DNA of 64,000 bases from assembly GCA_964016885.1 (NCBI GenBank), contig CAXHJY010000664.1, forward strand, positions 1-64,000, written 5' to 3'. The notes beneath the pieces were generated by a model that was not told where the DNA came from, ran no database searches, and worked only from the letters and a program-made list of their open reading frames with translations. Of this stretch, positions 29,570 through 42,944 are shown in pieces. How positions within the stretch are numbered: position 1 is the stretch's first letter; each line of letters starts with the position of its first letter. Source of the DNA: Eledone cirrhosa (taxonomy: Eukaryota). The translations under genes and the position numbers were made by a program.

Positions 29570-29689
29570 AATATATATAAATATATATATATATAAATAT
29601 AAATATATATATATATAAATATAAATATATATATATATAAATATAAATATATAATATATATATATATATATAAATATATATAAATATAT

Positions 29690-29788
<99 letters not shown>

Positions 29789-29791
29789 AAT

Positions 29792-29822
<31 letters not shown>

Positions 29823-29883
29823 AATATATATAAATATATATATATATATATAAATATATATAAATATATATATATATATATAA

Positions 29884-29914
<31 letters not shown>

Positions 29915-29915
29915 A

Positions 29916-29966
<51 letters not shown>

Positions 29967-29993
29967 TATATATATAAATATATATATATAAAT

Positions 29994-30064
<71 letters not shown>

Positions 30065-30300
30065 TAAATATATATATATAAATATATATAAATATATATA
30101 TATATATGTATAAAATATAAATATATATATATATGTATAAATATATATAAATATATATATATATGTATAAATATATATAAATATATAAAAATATATATAA
30201 ATATATAAAAATATATATAAACATATAAAAATATATATAAACATATAAAAATATATATAAATATATAAAAATATATATATATATATAAATAAATATATAT

Positions 30301-30339
<39 letters not shown>

Positions 30340-30518
30340 AATATATATATAAATATATATAAATATATATATATATGTATAAATATATATAAATATATAT
30401 ATATGTATAAATATATATAAATATATATATATATATGTATAAATATATATAAATATATATATATAAATATATATATGTATAAATATATATAAATATATAT
30501 ATATATATAAATATAAAT

Positions 30519-30549
<31 letters not shown>

Positions 30550-30591
30550 CGATATATTTCGAAATGGAAACTATATTTATAAAACCATATT

Positions 30592-30646
<55 letters not shown>

Positions 30647-30678
30647 TATTTATATAAATATATATATATAAATATATT

Positions 30679-30738
<60 letters not shown>

Positions 30739-30868
30739 AATGTATATATAAATATAAATATATATAATTATAAATGTATATATAAATATAAATATATATA
30801 AATATATATGTATATATATATATATATATAAATTTATATATAAATATAAATATATATAAATATATATG

Positions 30869-30901
<33 letters not shown>

Positions 30902-30902
30902 G

Positions 30903-30960
<58 letters not shown>

Positions 30961-31010
30961 TAAATATATAAAAATATATATGTATATATATATATTTATA
31001 TATATATATA
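28820..31010. repeat. ~2.2-kb (TA)n/(TAAA) array
   Basis: Direct inspection. Confidence 0.95.
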
Positions 31011-32107
31011 TGTATGTGTGTGTGTTTTAATTGTTTCCTTTACTATTTTTTCATTCTACTTTGAGTTTCTCTGGATACTTGTGTGTGTTTCGTTTCAGCT
31101 TTTATTCGTTATAAATTTGTATTTTTGGTTTTTGGTGTAGATTGTATATGGAACTAATCCTCTTTCGGAACATTCCACGTCAAGACGATAATTGCTTCCA
31201 GGTAGTATGTTATACAACTTCTTTTCTACACTCTCCAACGTTTTCATAGATAATTACCGATTTGGTGACGGACCCCCCACCCTACCTCTATCTAATTCTT
31301 TCCTTTTACTCCCTCCCAACCCCTCCATTATCACTCTCTAGATCGATCTCTCTTTCTCCGTCTCTGTTTCTCTCAGACTGTTTCTCTCTCACTCTCTCTG
31401 TTTTTCACTCTCACTAAGTTTGTTTCTCTCTCTCACTGTCTCACTCACACTCTTTCTCCTAGTGTCTGTTTCTATCGGTCTCTCTCCCTCCGTCTCTTTC
31501 TCTCTCAGACTCTTTCTCTCTCACTCTCTGTTTTTCAATCTCACTAAGTTTGTTTCTCTGTCTCTCTCTCACTCTCTCACTCACACTCCGTCTCTTTCTC
31601 TCTCAGACTGTTTCTCTCTCACTTTCATAATATATTTCTGACTGTCTCTCTCTCAGAGTCTGTTTCTATCTGTCTCTATTTCTCCGTCAGACTATTTTTC
31701 GCTCTCACTGAGTCTGTTTCTCTCTTTCTGTTTTTCACTCTCACTAAGTCTGTTTCTCTCCATCTCTTTCTCGATGTCTATCAGTCTCCCTCTTTCTTGC
31801 TCTCAAAAAAAACAAAAAACCCAGAACAAAGGAACAACGGGAAGAGGTACCCTATGTAGTTTATACTTGTATCTCTCTTTCTATATATATGTAGAGAGTC
31901 AGAGAAAGAGTGAGATAGAGAGTGAGAGAGAGAGTGAGAGAGAGAGTGACAGAGTGAGAGAGAGAGTGAGAGAGTGAGTGAGAGAGAGAGTGAGAGAGAG
32001 TGAGAGAGAGTGAGAGAGAGAGTGAGAGAGAGAGTGAGTGAGAGAGAGAGTGAGAGAGAGAGAGTGAGAGAGTGAGAGAGTGACAGAGAGAGAGAGAGAA
32101 AGCAAGA

Positions 32108-32138
<31 letters not shown>

Positions 32139-32610
32139 TCGGTATGTGTGTGTGGGTCGGTATGTGTGTGTGGGTCGGTATGTGTGTGTGGGTGGGTGTG
32201 TATGTGTGTATGTGTATGTGTATGTGTGTGTGTATGTGTGTGTGTATGTGTATGGTGTTTTCCTCTAATCATAATTATTCACTTGTATTGAAGTAGCATT
32301 TTACTAAAAATTAAATTAACATGCTCGATACAAATGCAGTACACACATATATATATATATGTATACATACATATATGTTTATACATACACATACATATAT
32401 AGGTGTATACACATACATATATACATATACATACATATACACATATACATACATATACACATACATACATATATATATATATATATAAATGCATATATAC
32501 ATATATATGTATATATATATATATAAATGCATATATACATACATACATATATATGTATATATATATATATAAATGCATATATACATACATACATATATAT
32601 AAATGCATAT

Positions 32611-32684
<74 letters not shown>

Positions 32685-32686
<2 letters not shown>

Positions 32687-32994
32687 TGGCTGCCAACTCG
32701 TTTTCGAGTACGGCCACTACTTTATATTCATGTAGGAGAACCCCTACCGATGCGCTAAAGAAGTGCTATATATATAGAGAGAGATCTCCTGTTATAAAGC
32801 AATGCCTGTGTCGTGAAGCTTTTATAGTGAGCAAAGGCACTGCACAAAGCCAGTCCCACTCTCTTGACCAAGATGATATTTACCTAAAAGAACAAGTCAA
32901 CATCATTAGATACCATCAGGGTTGCAGGTGTTATATCAGAGTTTTCCTTCTCCTAGAATTCTGCCTTGACAAAGGCTAAGGGGTCATCTCTCCC
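32685..32994 (-). mobile_element. RTE-derived non-autonomous element, internally deleted copy
   Basis: Same ends as the 33068 copy but lacks about 100 bp near 32760-32780. Confidence 0.8.
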
Positions 32995-33067
32995 TTAATG
33001 GATGTATATACGTATATCCATACATAAAAAAAAACATACATATATATATATACATACATATATATAT

Positions 33068-33675
33068 GGTGGCTGCCAACTCGTTTTCGAGTACGGCCAC
33101 TACTTTATATCCATGCAGCAGAACCCCTACCGATGTGCTGAACGAGTGTGACTTTTTAGTCCAGCCAGCGACTTGAAAACTCTGGTACAAACACTACACT
33201 TGTGACAATTATTGACACATAGTGCTGGACCCATGGTACCATGTGATGACAAGTGCAGAGAGATCTCCAGATATAAAGCAATGCCTGTGCCGTGAAGCTT
33301 TTATAGTGAGCAAAGGCACTGCACAAAGCCAGTCCCACTCTCTTAACCAAGATGATATTTACCAAAAAGAAGAACAAGTCAACATCATTGGATACCATCA
33401 GGGTTGCAGGTGTTATATCAAAGTTTTCCTTCTCCTAGAATTCTGCCTTGACAAAGGCTAAGGGGTCATCTCTCCCGGTGATTTTGGATGGCCATTGACT
33501 ATTAAGAGCTCCTTTGCCCTTTGACAGGTTTTGTTTTTAGTCCTGCAGGATGTCCAAAGTCATCCTCCTCAACAAGAAACCTTGGTGCGGTTGCCAGTTT
33601 AGTCGCCAACGACCCGACCATGAGACAGGTTGTACTGGGATACATATTACCAGTAGCACCAACTGGTGACCTGAC
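33068..33675 (-). mobile_element. RTE-derived bipartite non-autonomous element, longest copy
   Basis: RTE-5'-UTR-like part (ggcgactaaactggcaacc...ctaggagaaggaaaact) joined to a C2H2-finger-encoding 3' end and an (AT)/(ATGT) tail. Confidence 0.75.
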
Positions 33676-35194
33676 ATAAATATACACATACATACGTATA
33701 TACATACAAAAAAAAAAATACATATATAAAAATATATATACATAGATATAAATATAAATGTATCTATCTATATACACACAAGCATTCGCATATAAATGGT
33801 TATTTTTCAGGTTTTTAAGAAAACCTCATCTCAGCATGTCTTTCACAAGATGATTGCCACATCTCGAATATCCTCTCTCTCTCCCTCTCTCTATCACATA
33901 TAAACGCGCACACTCTCTCTCTCTTTCATACATTGACACTCTCCCCCTCTCTTTCTCTTACTGTCACATGCTGTCACATACACACGCGCACACACTCTCT
34001 CTCTCACTGTCACATACACACGCGCACTCACTCTCTTTCTCTCTCTCATACACACACTCTCCCTCTGTCTCATACACTCACACTCTCTCATACACCTACA
34101 CACACTCTCTTTCATCTCCACTGCTTCATCCCCCATTGTCCTTTCAACCACACACACTCATATATTTACTCGCAAACACATACACACTATCACCACCATC
34201 TCTTCGTCCGCCATTTCCCTTCCAATCACACACACACACACACACACCTTCACACACCTTCACACACACTTTCGCTTTCACTTCCTCCTATTTGCCCTCC
34301 ATTCTCCTTCCACCCCATCCTCTCTCCCTCTTACTCTCTCACCCCCTCTTCGTCCGCCATTTTCCTTCCAATCACACATATATGGACACACACACACACA
34401 CACACTCTCTCTCTCTCTCTCTCTCTCACTCACTTACCACCTCCCCTCCGCCCCCCATTCTCCTCTCCGCCCTCCATTCTCTCTCTCCGTCTCACCTCCT
34501 CTCCGCCCGCCCCCCATTCTCCTTCCAAAACCCACTCTCTCTGTTTTGCTCTCTCTCTCTCACCTCCTCGCTCTCCATTCTCCTTCCCACCTCACACACA
34601 AACAACACACCACATTTTCACAATTAATTCCTTCGTTCTCTTGTCATTCTTATTTCCTCCATTTAAAACAATTAAAAGACATTAAAAGGAAGACATTTAT
34701 GTACCGATTAAACATGTCTGCAATCTGTTTCTTCTTGTGCTATATAGCTTCTTTCCTTTTCTCTTTTCAAATTAGATACGTCTGTATTTTATACATGTTA
34801 GAGTTGAGATTTGCTCTGCTAAAACTAGAATATTGAAAACATACGTGGCATACAAGTAAAACAAGCATGAATGTTTTCATATTATCCACTCTACTACCTC
34901 AAGTATTGAGTATTCTGGTGTGTAATGGTCTAACTGGTTTTTACCGCCTCCAATCTGATATGTATGTATGTATGTTCTTCTGGTTTTATAATTTCACAAA
35001 GTTTTACCAATAGAGAGAGAGTTGGTTTCTAACATAGACACAAGACTCTCCCATTGGAATTTACACAACATCAACTAGGTAGATATGTATGTATGCATGC
35101 ATGTGTAGATATGGATGTTATTGTATATGTGGATGTTTTGAGTTGATTGTGTGCATGTATATATGCTTTGTATCTGTACATGTGTATATGCAGT

Positions 35195-35453
35195 TATTAG
35201 ATGCAACATTTTTGGAATGTTTTACATATTTTTACTGTTCCATTAATGGATTGTACTTGTAGTTTCCTAACTAGTTGTGTTCTTGCTGTTCCTGTGAAGC
35301 CTAGCTTCTCAAGATTTGTATTGAGGCAGTTACTAACATATCCCAGTGCCCCAATAATCACAGGCATAAATCTGAAGGAGTAATCAGGGTGGAGTATCTG
35401 CAGATTTCTCATCAGTTCTGCATAAATATTCTCCTTTTCACTAATCTTTGTTA
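35195..35453 (-). mobile_element. R4/Dong-like (restriction-like endonuclease) LINE C-terminal fragment
   Basis: KISEKENIYAELMRNLQILHPDYSFRFMPVIIGALGYV...GTVKICKTF fits the KxxxYxxL...PxxxGALG region. Confidence 0.75.
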
Positions 35454-35628
35454 GTATGTATGTATGTATGTATGTATGTATATTAGAAAGTGAGGTTTTC
35501 TTTGTTTTTTTTTCTTTACAGAATGAAAAATAACCGAGGTGTCCTACACGAGTGAAAGTACAAAGAAAAAAAGATGAAATCGAAAATGCAACTGGAGTCT
35601 TATTTAAAAAAATATATATTTATTTGGT

Positions 35629-35668
35629 TCCTTTACCGGTTTCGCAGTTCTTCTGCTTTTCAAAAGTA
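35629..35668 (-). ncRNA. Degenerate hammerhead-like motif
   Basis: tactt-TTGAAAA-gcag(aagaa)ctgc-GAAA-C-CG-G-TA-aagga, then AATAAA; two core substitutions. Confidence 0.45.
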
Positions 35669-36078
35669 AAGTTGAGATGGAGGGTCTGTAGTTTTTCTCA
35701 CATGTGAGAAAAACTACATATATATATATAGTAATAATAATAATAAATTCGAAGACTAAAATCCAAAGCGGACTCGATAAGGATAAATATATATCAAATA
35801 TATATGAACCGTAGAGCAAATATTTATTAAAATAACAGTTTCAGAAGATCCCGTTAAGGGTGAAAGCAGCGATTCTTTGCTTAAACTTTAATCTGTTATT
35901 TTAATAAATATATATATATATATATATATATCAGCATATATTTTCACTAGCTCTGACAGTTAGCAAGTGAACAGTGAACTCTGTACTGATAAAGAGTGAT
36001 GCCCAGACACATTAGTGTCTGCAGTTCTGTTTACATGCCAACACAGTTCTAGTTCTGTCAAAGTCATTTCTATTATAA

Positions 36079-36260
36079 TTGTTTCTACTTTTGGCACAAG
36101 GCCAGCAATAACCCAGTGTATTACTGGTACTTTATTTTATCGACCCCGTAAGGATGAAAGGCAAAGTTAACATCGGCGGGATTTGAACTCAGAATGGCAA
36201 GGGACTTAACTATGCGTCAAAGCATGGCGTCCGACCCTCTACCGATACTGCCAACCCACC
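36079..36260 (-). mobile_element. Full SINE with 16-bp target-site duplication
   Basis: gtcatttctattataa at 36063-36078 and 36261-36276 flanks the element. Confidence 0.9.
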
Positions 36261-36276
36261 GTCATTTCTATTATAA

Positions 36277-36485
36277 GGGTTTCTGATATAGGCACAAGGC
36301 CAGACATTTTTGGGGAGGGGAAAATCAATTAAATCGACCCCAGTGTGCTACTGGTACTTTATTTTATCGACTCCGTAAGGATGAAAGGCAAAGTTAACTT
36401 CAGCTGGATTTGAACTCAGAACGTGAAGGGACGGAACTCTATGCAGCAAAGGATAGTCCGACGCTTTACCGATTCTACCAATCAG
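36277..36485 (-). mobile_element. SINE (long-tail subtype)
   Basis: Contains the extra ggggtcgatttaattgatttcccctcccc-like segment absent from the short subtype. Confidence 0.85.
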
Positions 36486-36504
36486 GAACCATCATTTAAA
36501 GACG

Positions 36505-36665
36505 GTGGCCCTTGCCATTCTGAGTTCAAATCCCGCCGAGGTTAACTTTGCCTTTCATCCTTACGAGGTCGATAAAATAAAGTACCAGTAATACACTGGT
36601 GTTCATTGAATCTACTTTCCCCCTCCCCCAAAATTGCTGGCCTTGTGTCTATATAAGAAACCATT
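36505..36665 (+). mobile_element. SINE, 5'-truncated
   Basis: gagttcaaatcccgccgaggttaactttgcctttcatcc...ctggccttgtgtc. Confidence 0.85.
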
Positions 36666-36859
36666 ATATTAGTCAACTTAATTCGTTGTCCTTTCCTCGT
36701 CTACGACTTCCTCTCACTGTTCTTCTATTACTAATGCTAATTCTATCTCCCCCTCTCCCTCTTCAGCATCATTGTATCGGCACCCCACCCCCTGTTCATA
36801 ACAATCACCACACTCCCCATCTTAGCGCGAACGTTTTTTGAACCTCCTCATCGTATTAC

Positions 36860-36959
36860 TAATACTGCTACTTCTACTACTACTACTACTACTGCCAATG
36901 TTAGTACTACTACAACTACTGTCACTACTACCAACACCACCACACCACCACCACCGGTG

Positions 36960-36996
<37 letters not shown>

Positions 36997-38000
36997 ACCA
37001 CTACAACATCACTAGTACTATTACCCCTACATCAACACCAGTACTACTACCCTTACACCACCACATACAGTACTACTACTACCACTACTACTACACCACT
37101 ACAACATCACTAGTACTATTACTACTACCCCTACACCAACACCTGTACTACTACCCCTACACCACCACAACCAGTACTACTACTACCACTACTACTAAAC
37201 CACTACAACATCACTAGTACTATTACTACTACCCCTACACCACCACATACAGTACTACTACTACCACTACTACAACATCACTAGTACTATTACTACTACC
37301 CCTACACCAACACCAGTACTACTACCCCTACACCACCACAACCAGTACTACTACTACCACTACTACTAAACCACTACAACATCACTAGTACTATTACTAC
37401 TACACCACCACATCCAGTACTACTACGACCACTACTCCCACACCACTACCACCACCACTACTTCTATCACCACCAACTACAACCACACAACTATTAATAT
37501 TTTACTACTACTACTACTACTACTACTACCATCACTACTACTATCACCGTCAACCACACAATTATTAATGTTTACTAATACCACTACTACCACCGCTACT
37601 ACGATCACCATCAACTACAGCCATACAACTATTAATAGTTTTACTACTACTACCACCCCACCAGTAATACAATCACTACCACACCACCACCACCACCACT
37701 ATCAATGCCACCACTACCATCACCACCACTACTATTACCGCCAACTACAACCACACTACTAATAGTAGTTTTACTACTACTACCACTACTATTTTTACTG
37801 TTCCTACGACTACTATTATTTTTACTACTACTACCACTACTATTTTTACTGTTCCTACGACTACTATTATTTTTACTACTCCTACCACTACTATGTTTAC
37901 TGTTACTATTATTTTTACTACTACTACCACTACTATTTTTACTGTTCCTACGACTACTATTATTTTTAATACTACTACTACTACTACTACTACAACAACC
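36860..38000. repeat. (CTA/CAC)n-derived minisatellites
   Basis: Recurrent cactacaacatcactagtactattac and tatttttactgttcctacgactac units. Confidence 0.85.
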
Positions 38001-38409
38001 ACCTATGATAATATCAATAGATCCGCTTATGAAGACGATGATTATGATGGTAATGCATTGATTAAAATCTATTTTTCTTCTAAAAAATATTTCAATCCTA
38101 AAATACTTCTTTTGCTCATATTGAAATAGAAATATTTTAGCTGGGAATTCAATGAAACTTTTTCTCCATAAAAGATGACTAAAGCTTGAGCAGACGATAA
38201 CTTAAAACAATGAAAATTAATCAGATGACGAAACGAAACAAAGAAAAAAAATGATATTTGTACGTAATTTTTTTATCTTTCCTTCGTTAAATTAAAATAG
38301 AATATAAAAACAAAACAAAACAACAACAACAACAGCAATAAAAACAACTACAACAATAACGAATATGCGTACCGGTTGAAGTGATCTTTCATTCTTTGCC
38401 CTCCATCTT

Positions 38410-38515
38410 ATTGTCAACAACTTCCGTTTTCTCTCTACTTCACTTCCGTTTTTTCCATAATCCACAAGTAGCAGACAGCCGGAAGCGATTTTTACACGCT
38501 ACCGCCATTATCGTC
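38410..38515. promoter_or_regulatory. Candidate promoter/enhancer with ETS- and YY1-like motifs
   Basis: acttccgt twice, ccggaagc and ccgccatta within ~100 bp of unique sequence. Confidence 0.3.
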
Positions 38516-39528
38516 TTTTGTTTATTTAGAAAATTATTATTATGACTATTGTTATTATTATTTTCGTTACTTCTGCTTTCTTCTTTCTAATATATCAAAT
38601 TGAAAACGTTTGTCGCACATAATTACCTGTAAGAGGAACTATGTTTTATTGAGAAAAACACTGAAAAAAAAACGCCAAAGATAAACAAATCTCAGAGTAT
38701 AATGCATTAATATGGAGATTCTGTAATGTGGACCGCAAAGTAAATTCAATTAGCAAACATCAGAGAAGGTTTTAGGCGGATTTTTAAGAGCAATTCTCTG
38801 TCTAAATGATTTTTAAGAGATTACAAGCAATTAACAGCACAAAGACACACATTTGTGACATCAACACAAACACATAAACAGTCAGGCACATACACATACA
38901 CTCGCACACAGATATACACAAGCAGTCACATACACACACACAAACACACATAAACACATACAGGCTTGCATACAGCCCAACACATATACAAACGTATGCA
39001 GACAGGCACGCATACACACGAATATACACAGCCTGACACACTCACACACAGGCATGCACCCACCCCAATACAAATACAAACGTATACAGACTGGCTCATA
39101 TGCACACGCACACAAATGTACACAGATTCATACATAAACACACACAGAGAGGCACATACATAGACAAACACATACATACACAAGCACAGATATACACACA
39201 CAGGCAAACAAATACACACACACACGTACACAAAACAATCTCTCAATCGCTTCACAAACAAACAATTATATACAAACAAATTGACTAATAAACTAACAAT
39301 AAAGATACACACTTAAACACACAGAAGCTCGCGTTTACACTCACACACACATATACAAACGTCTGCATACACACATGTACGGGTACACATACACGTGTAT
39401 ACTCCTATACAAACAAAACACGCTCTCGTATGATACTTTCAATTTATATTTCTGATACTTTCTATCCATTGTCTACAATTACACATTAGAACCATATAGA
39501 CTCACACCTATATTTACATAATCCTGAT

Positions 39529-39726
<198 letters not shown>

Positions 39727-39775
39727 ATATATATATTTATATATATATATTATATATATATTTATATATATATAT

Positions 39776-39832
<57 letters not shown>

Positions 39833-39880
39833 ATATATTTATATTTATATATTTATATATATTTATATCAAATTTAAAAT

Positions 39881-40032
39881 AATTGTTTCTACTTTTGGCA
39901 CAAGGCCAGCAATTACCCAGTTCATTACTGGTACTTTATTTTATCGACCCCGTAAGGATGAAAGGCAAAGTCAACCTCGGCGGGATTTGAACTCAGATCG
40001 TAAAAGGACGTAACTATGCTGGAAAGCATGGC
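39881..40032 (-). mobile_element. SINE, 5'-truncated
   Basis: Reverse complement of SINE body and tail. Confidence 0.9.
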
Positions 40033-40088
40033 AAGAGTACTCAATACTTAGGGTAGTAGGAGTTCTGCGTCGGGGTTAAACATTTTGC

Positions 40089-40126
<38 letters not shown>

Positions 40127-40624
40127 CAAGGACGGACTATTTGTTAAGCCTTCATTACGTTTATTGATTGGTGACGCGCGTTTCACTATTGATCAGCTCA
40201 AGGTTCGATCTGTATCGATCTGGCCCAAATCTGGAATCGTTGGACCTCTGCTGTAGTAATGACAGAATGAATATATAAGGCATATCATGTCTAACGTTTC
40301 ACGTTCATATGTTGGTCAGTTTATGTTGTTTTGATTAGTGATTTAGCTATGAGGAATGTTTTGGTATGTTTGGGGGTGAGGATAGTGGCGAACCAAATTC
40401 TTGAATGAATATATTTCTTGGTTTACAATTGTTTCAGAAGCCAGACCACAATTCAGTCCGTAAAAATGAAATCTATCAATTATAGATTCGATAAGAATGG
40501 ATTATATTAAAACTGAACTATGATTTGACCTCATCTTCAGAACCAAAAAAGAAAATAAATATAATATTCAAATATATATATACAATATATTAATAAATGG
40601 AAACTATATTTATAAAACCATAAT

Positions 40625-40690
40625 TATTTTATTATATATATTTCAAGGGCAACCAAGGCAAATTATGGTGCGGTTTCATCAGATAAAATA
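40625..40690 (-). ncRNA. Minimal type-I hammerhead ribozyme (left arm of palindrome A)
   Basis: tattttat-CTGATGA-aaccgcacca...tggttgccctt-GAAA-T-ATAT-A-TA-ataaaata. Confidence 0.7.
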
Positions 40691-40740
40691 CAGATAAATA
40701 TTTATTTATAAAACAAATATTTATTTATAAAACAAATCTG

Positions 40741-40806
40741 TATTTTATCTGATGAAAGTGCACCATAATTTGCCTTGGTTGCCCTTGAAATATATATAAT
40801 AAAATA
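40741..40806 (+). ncRNA. Minimal type-I hammerhead ribozyme (right arm of palindrome A)
   Basis: Stem I tattttat/ataaaata; CTGATGA; stem II aag/ctt, gca/tgc, cca/tgg; GAAA; U-AUAU-A; AUA cleavage triplet. Confidence 0.8.
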
Positions 40807-40931
40807 ATTATGGTTTTATAAATATAGTTTCCATATATATTGAATATTTACTCCACTATACTGTTGAGTGCTTTATATCAGTTATAAACATTTTTAAGCT
40901 TGTTGAATCCCAACAAATTAAATATAACCTC

Positions 40932-40986
<55 letters not shown>

Positions 40987-41119
40987 CACTTTATTTCACG
41001 TTGGAATTGCGACCGATAGATAGTTTTAGCAATTGGAAAGACCAATGGAAACGTTGTTTCCTCGGTCCGATTTTACGATTTGAAAGTCTTACGAATGTCG
41101 ATATATATGTGTATCTATG

Positions 41120-42030
41120 TATATATGTGTCTGTGTGTGTGTGGTGAGGTGTGTGTGTGTGTGTAGTGAGGTGTGTGTGTGTGTGGTGAGGTGTGTGTGT
41201 GTGTTTGTGGTGTGGTTGTGTGTGTATGGTGAGGTGTGTGTGTGTGTATAGTGAGGTGTGTGTGTGTGTGTAGTGAGGTGTGTGTGTGGAGGTGTGTGTG
41301 TGTGGTGAGGTATGTGTGTGTGGTGAGGTGTGTACAAGCCTGTATGTGTGTGTTTGTGTTGATCTCACAATCTACAAATACCCCCAATTCCAACACCATG
41401 ACCAACGCCATCTCAACCAATACAACCACCACCTCCAATACTACAACAAATACAACATGTACCAGCTTCACCTCAACCACCACTACAACCAATACGATCA
41501 CCGTCTCCAACACTACAACCAATACAACAAGCACCAACGCCACCACCACTACAACCAATACGATCACCGTCTCCAACACTACAACCAATACAACAAGCAC
41601 CAACACCACCGCCACTACAACCAATACGACCACCACCTCCAACACTTCAACCAATACAACTATCACTTCCAAAACTACAACCAATGCAACCAATACAACT
41701 ACCACCACCAACACTACAACCAATACAACAAGCACTACTTTCACTACAACCAATACAACTACCACCACCAATACTACAGCCAACACTACAACCAATACAA
41801 CAAGCACTACCTTCACTACAACCAATACAACTACCACCAGCAACACTACAACCAATACAACAAGCACTACCTAAACTACAACCAATACAACTACCACCAC
41901 CAATACTACAGCCAACACTACAACCAATACAACAAGCACTACCTTCACTACAACCAATACAACTACCACCACCATCACTACAACCAACACAACAAACACT
42001 GCCACCAATACCACCACCACCACCACCACT
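41120..42030. repeat. gtgaggtgtg repeats followed by an acaaccaatacaac-type minisatellite
   Basis: Direct inspection. Confidence 0.85.
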
Positions 42031-42032
42031 AT

Positions 42033-42178
42033 ATTACTGGTACTTTATTTTATCGAACCTGTAAGGATGAAAAGCAAAGCTAACATCGGTGATATTTTAA
42101 CTAAGAACGTAAATAGACATAACTACATGACGCAAAGTATATTGTTGGACGCTCTACCTATTACTGATTATCTACCGC
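42033..42178 (-). mobile_element. Degenerate SINE
   Basis: ttactggtactttattttatcgaacctgtaaggatgaaaagcaaagc...ggacgctctacc. Confidence 0.75.
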
Positions 42179-42569
42179 CCGGAACAAGAAAAAAAAACAA
42201 TAATAGAACTACAAAGTTAAAAGTGAGCTAATTTAGAGAACAAAAGAGAAGTAGTTGTATGAAATAAAAGAAAACAAACATATTTTTATCGTGCAGCCAT
42301 TTTCGATAGTTTAGATATGAGCCATAGTAAATTATATAGATTTTTATTTTCTTTTATTGTGTAGAATAATTAGTAGCTTAGCTTTCACCGTATGTTTGAC
42401 TAGAGAAAGTAGTCTAATAACAGGGAGTGTAAGCCCCATAATGGATAGAAATGGGCTGAAGCACGCGTTTGGAATTGAAGCCACACTTCTTATTTTGGCA
42501 GCCGATTACACTAACATGCCCACACGTTTTTGTTCATTAAATTTAGAAGCTATCAGTTAATAGCGTTTA

Positions 42570-42620
<51 letters not shown>

Positions 42621-42713
42621 TATATATACGCGTATACACACACACACACATATATATATATAGATATACAGACCAACACACACACATACACACACACACA
42701 AACACATATATAG

Positions 42714-42746
<33 letters not shown>

Positions 42747-42866
42747 TATATAGATACACACACACAGATACACACAGACACACATATACACACACACAGA
42801 CACACATATATACACACACACACACACACATACATATATACACACACACACACACACACATATATA

Positions 42867-42905
42867 TTTTCAGATTTCTATCGCTGTTTCTAAGCATATG
42901 TGTTC

Positions 42906-42944
<39 letters not shown>

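Larger units (their letters stand above)
40597..40834. repeat. Long inverted repeat A (~99-bp arms, 40-nt spacer)
   Basis: 40597-40695 is the reverse complement of 40736-40834 with 2 mismatches; spacer is aaatatttatttataaaac x2 plus aa. Confidence 0.95.

Noticed and set aside
31150-31190. ttgacgt-gga(atgt)tcc-GAAA on the minus strand
   Set aside because: Two core mismatches and no valid NUH or stem I.
35495-35545. Strong splice-acceptor-like tract (t-rich...ttacag); similar one at ~61535
   Set aside because: No convincing downstream donor or recognisable coding sequence.
40280-40330. ctgacca...gaaacgtta on the minus strand
   Set aside because: The core lacks the conserved G and the stems are too short to distinguish from chance.
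41236-42083. Thr/Asn-rich mucin-like or His/Gln/Tyr-rich ORFs
   Set aside because: Several frames are open, the ORFs start inside TG repeats and run into a SINE; minisatellite.
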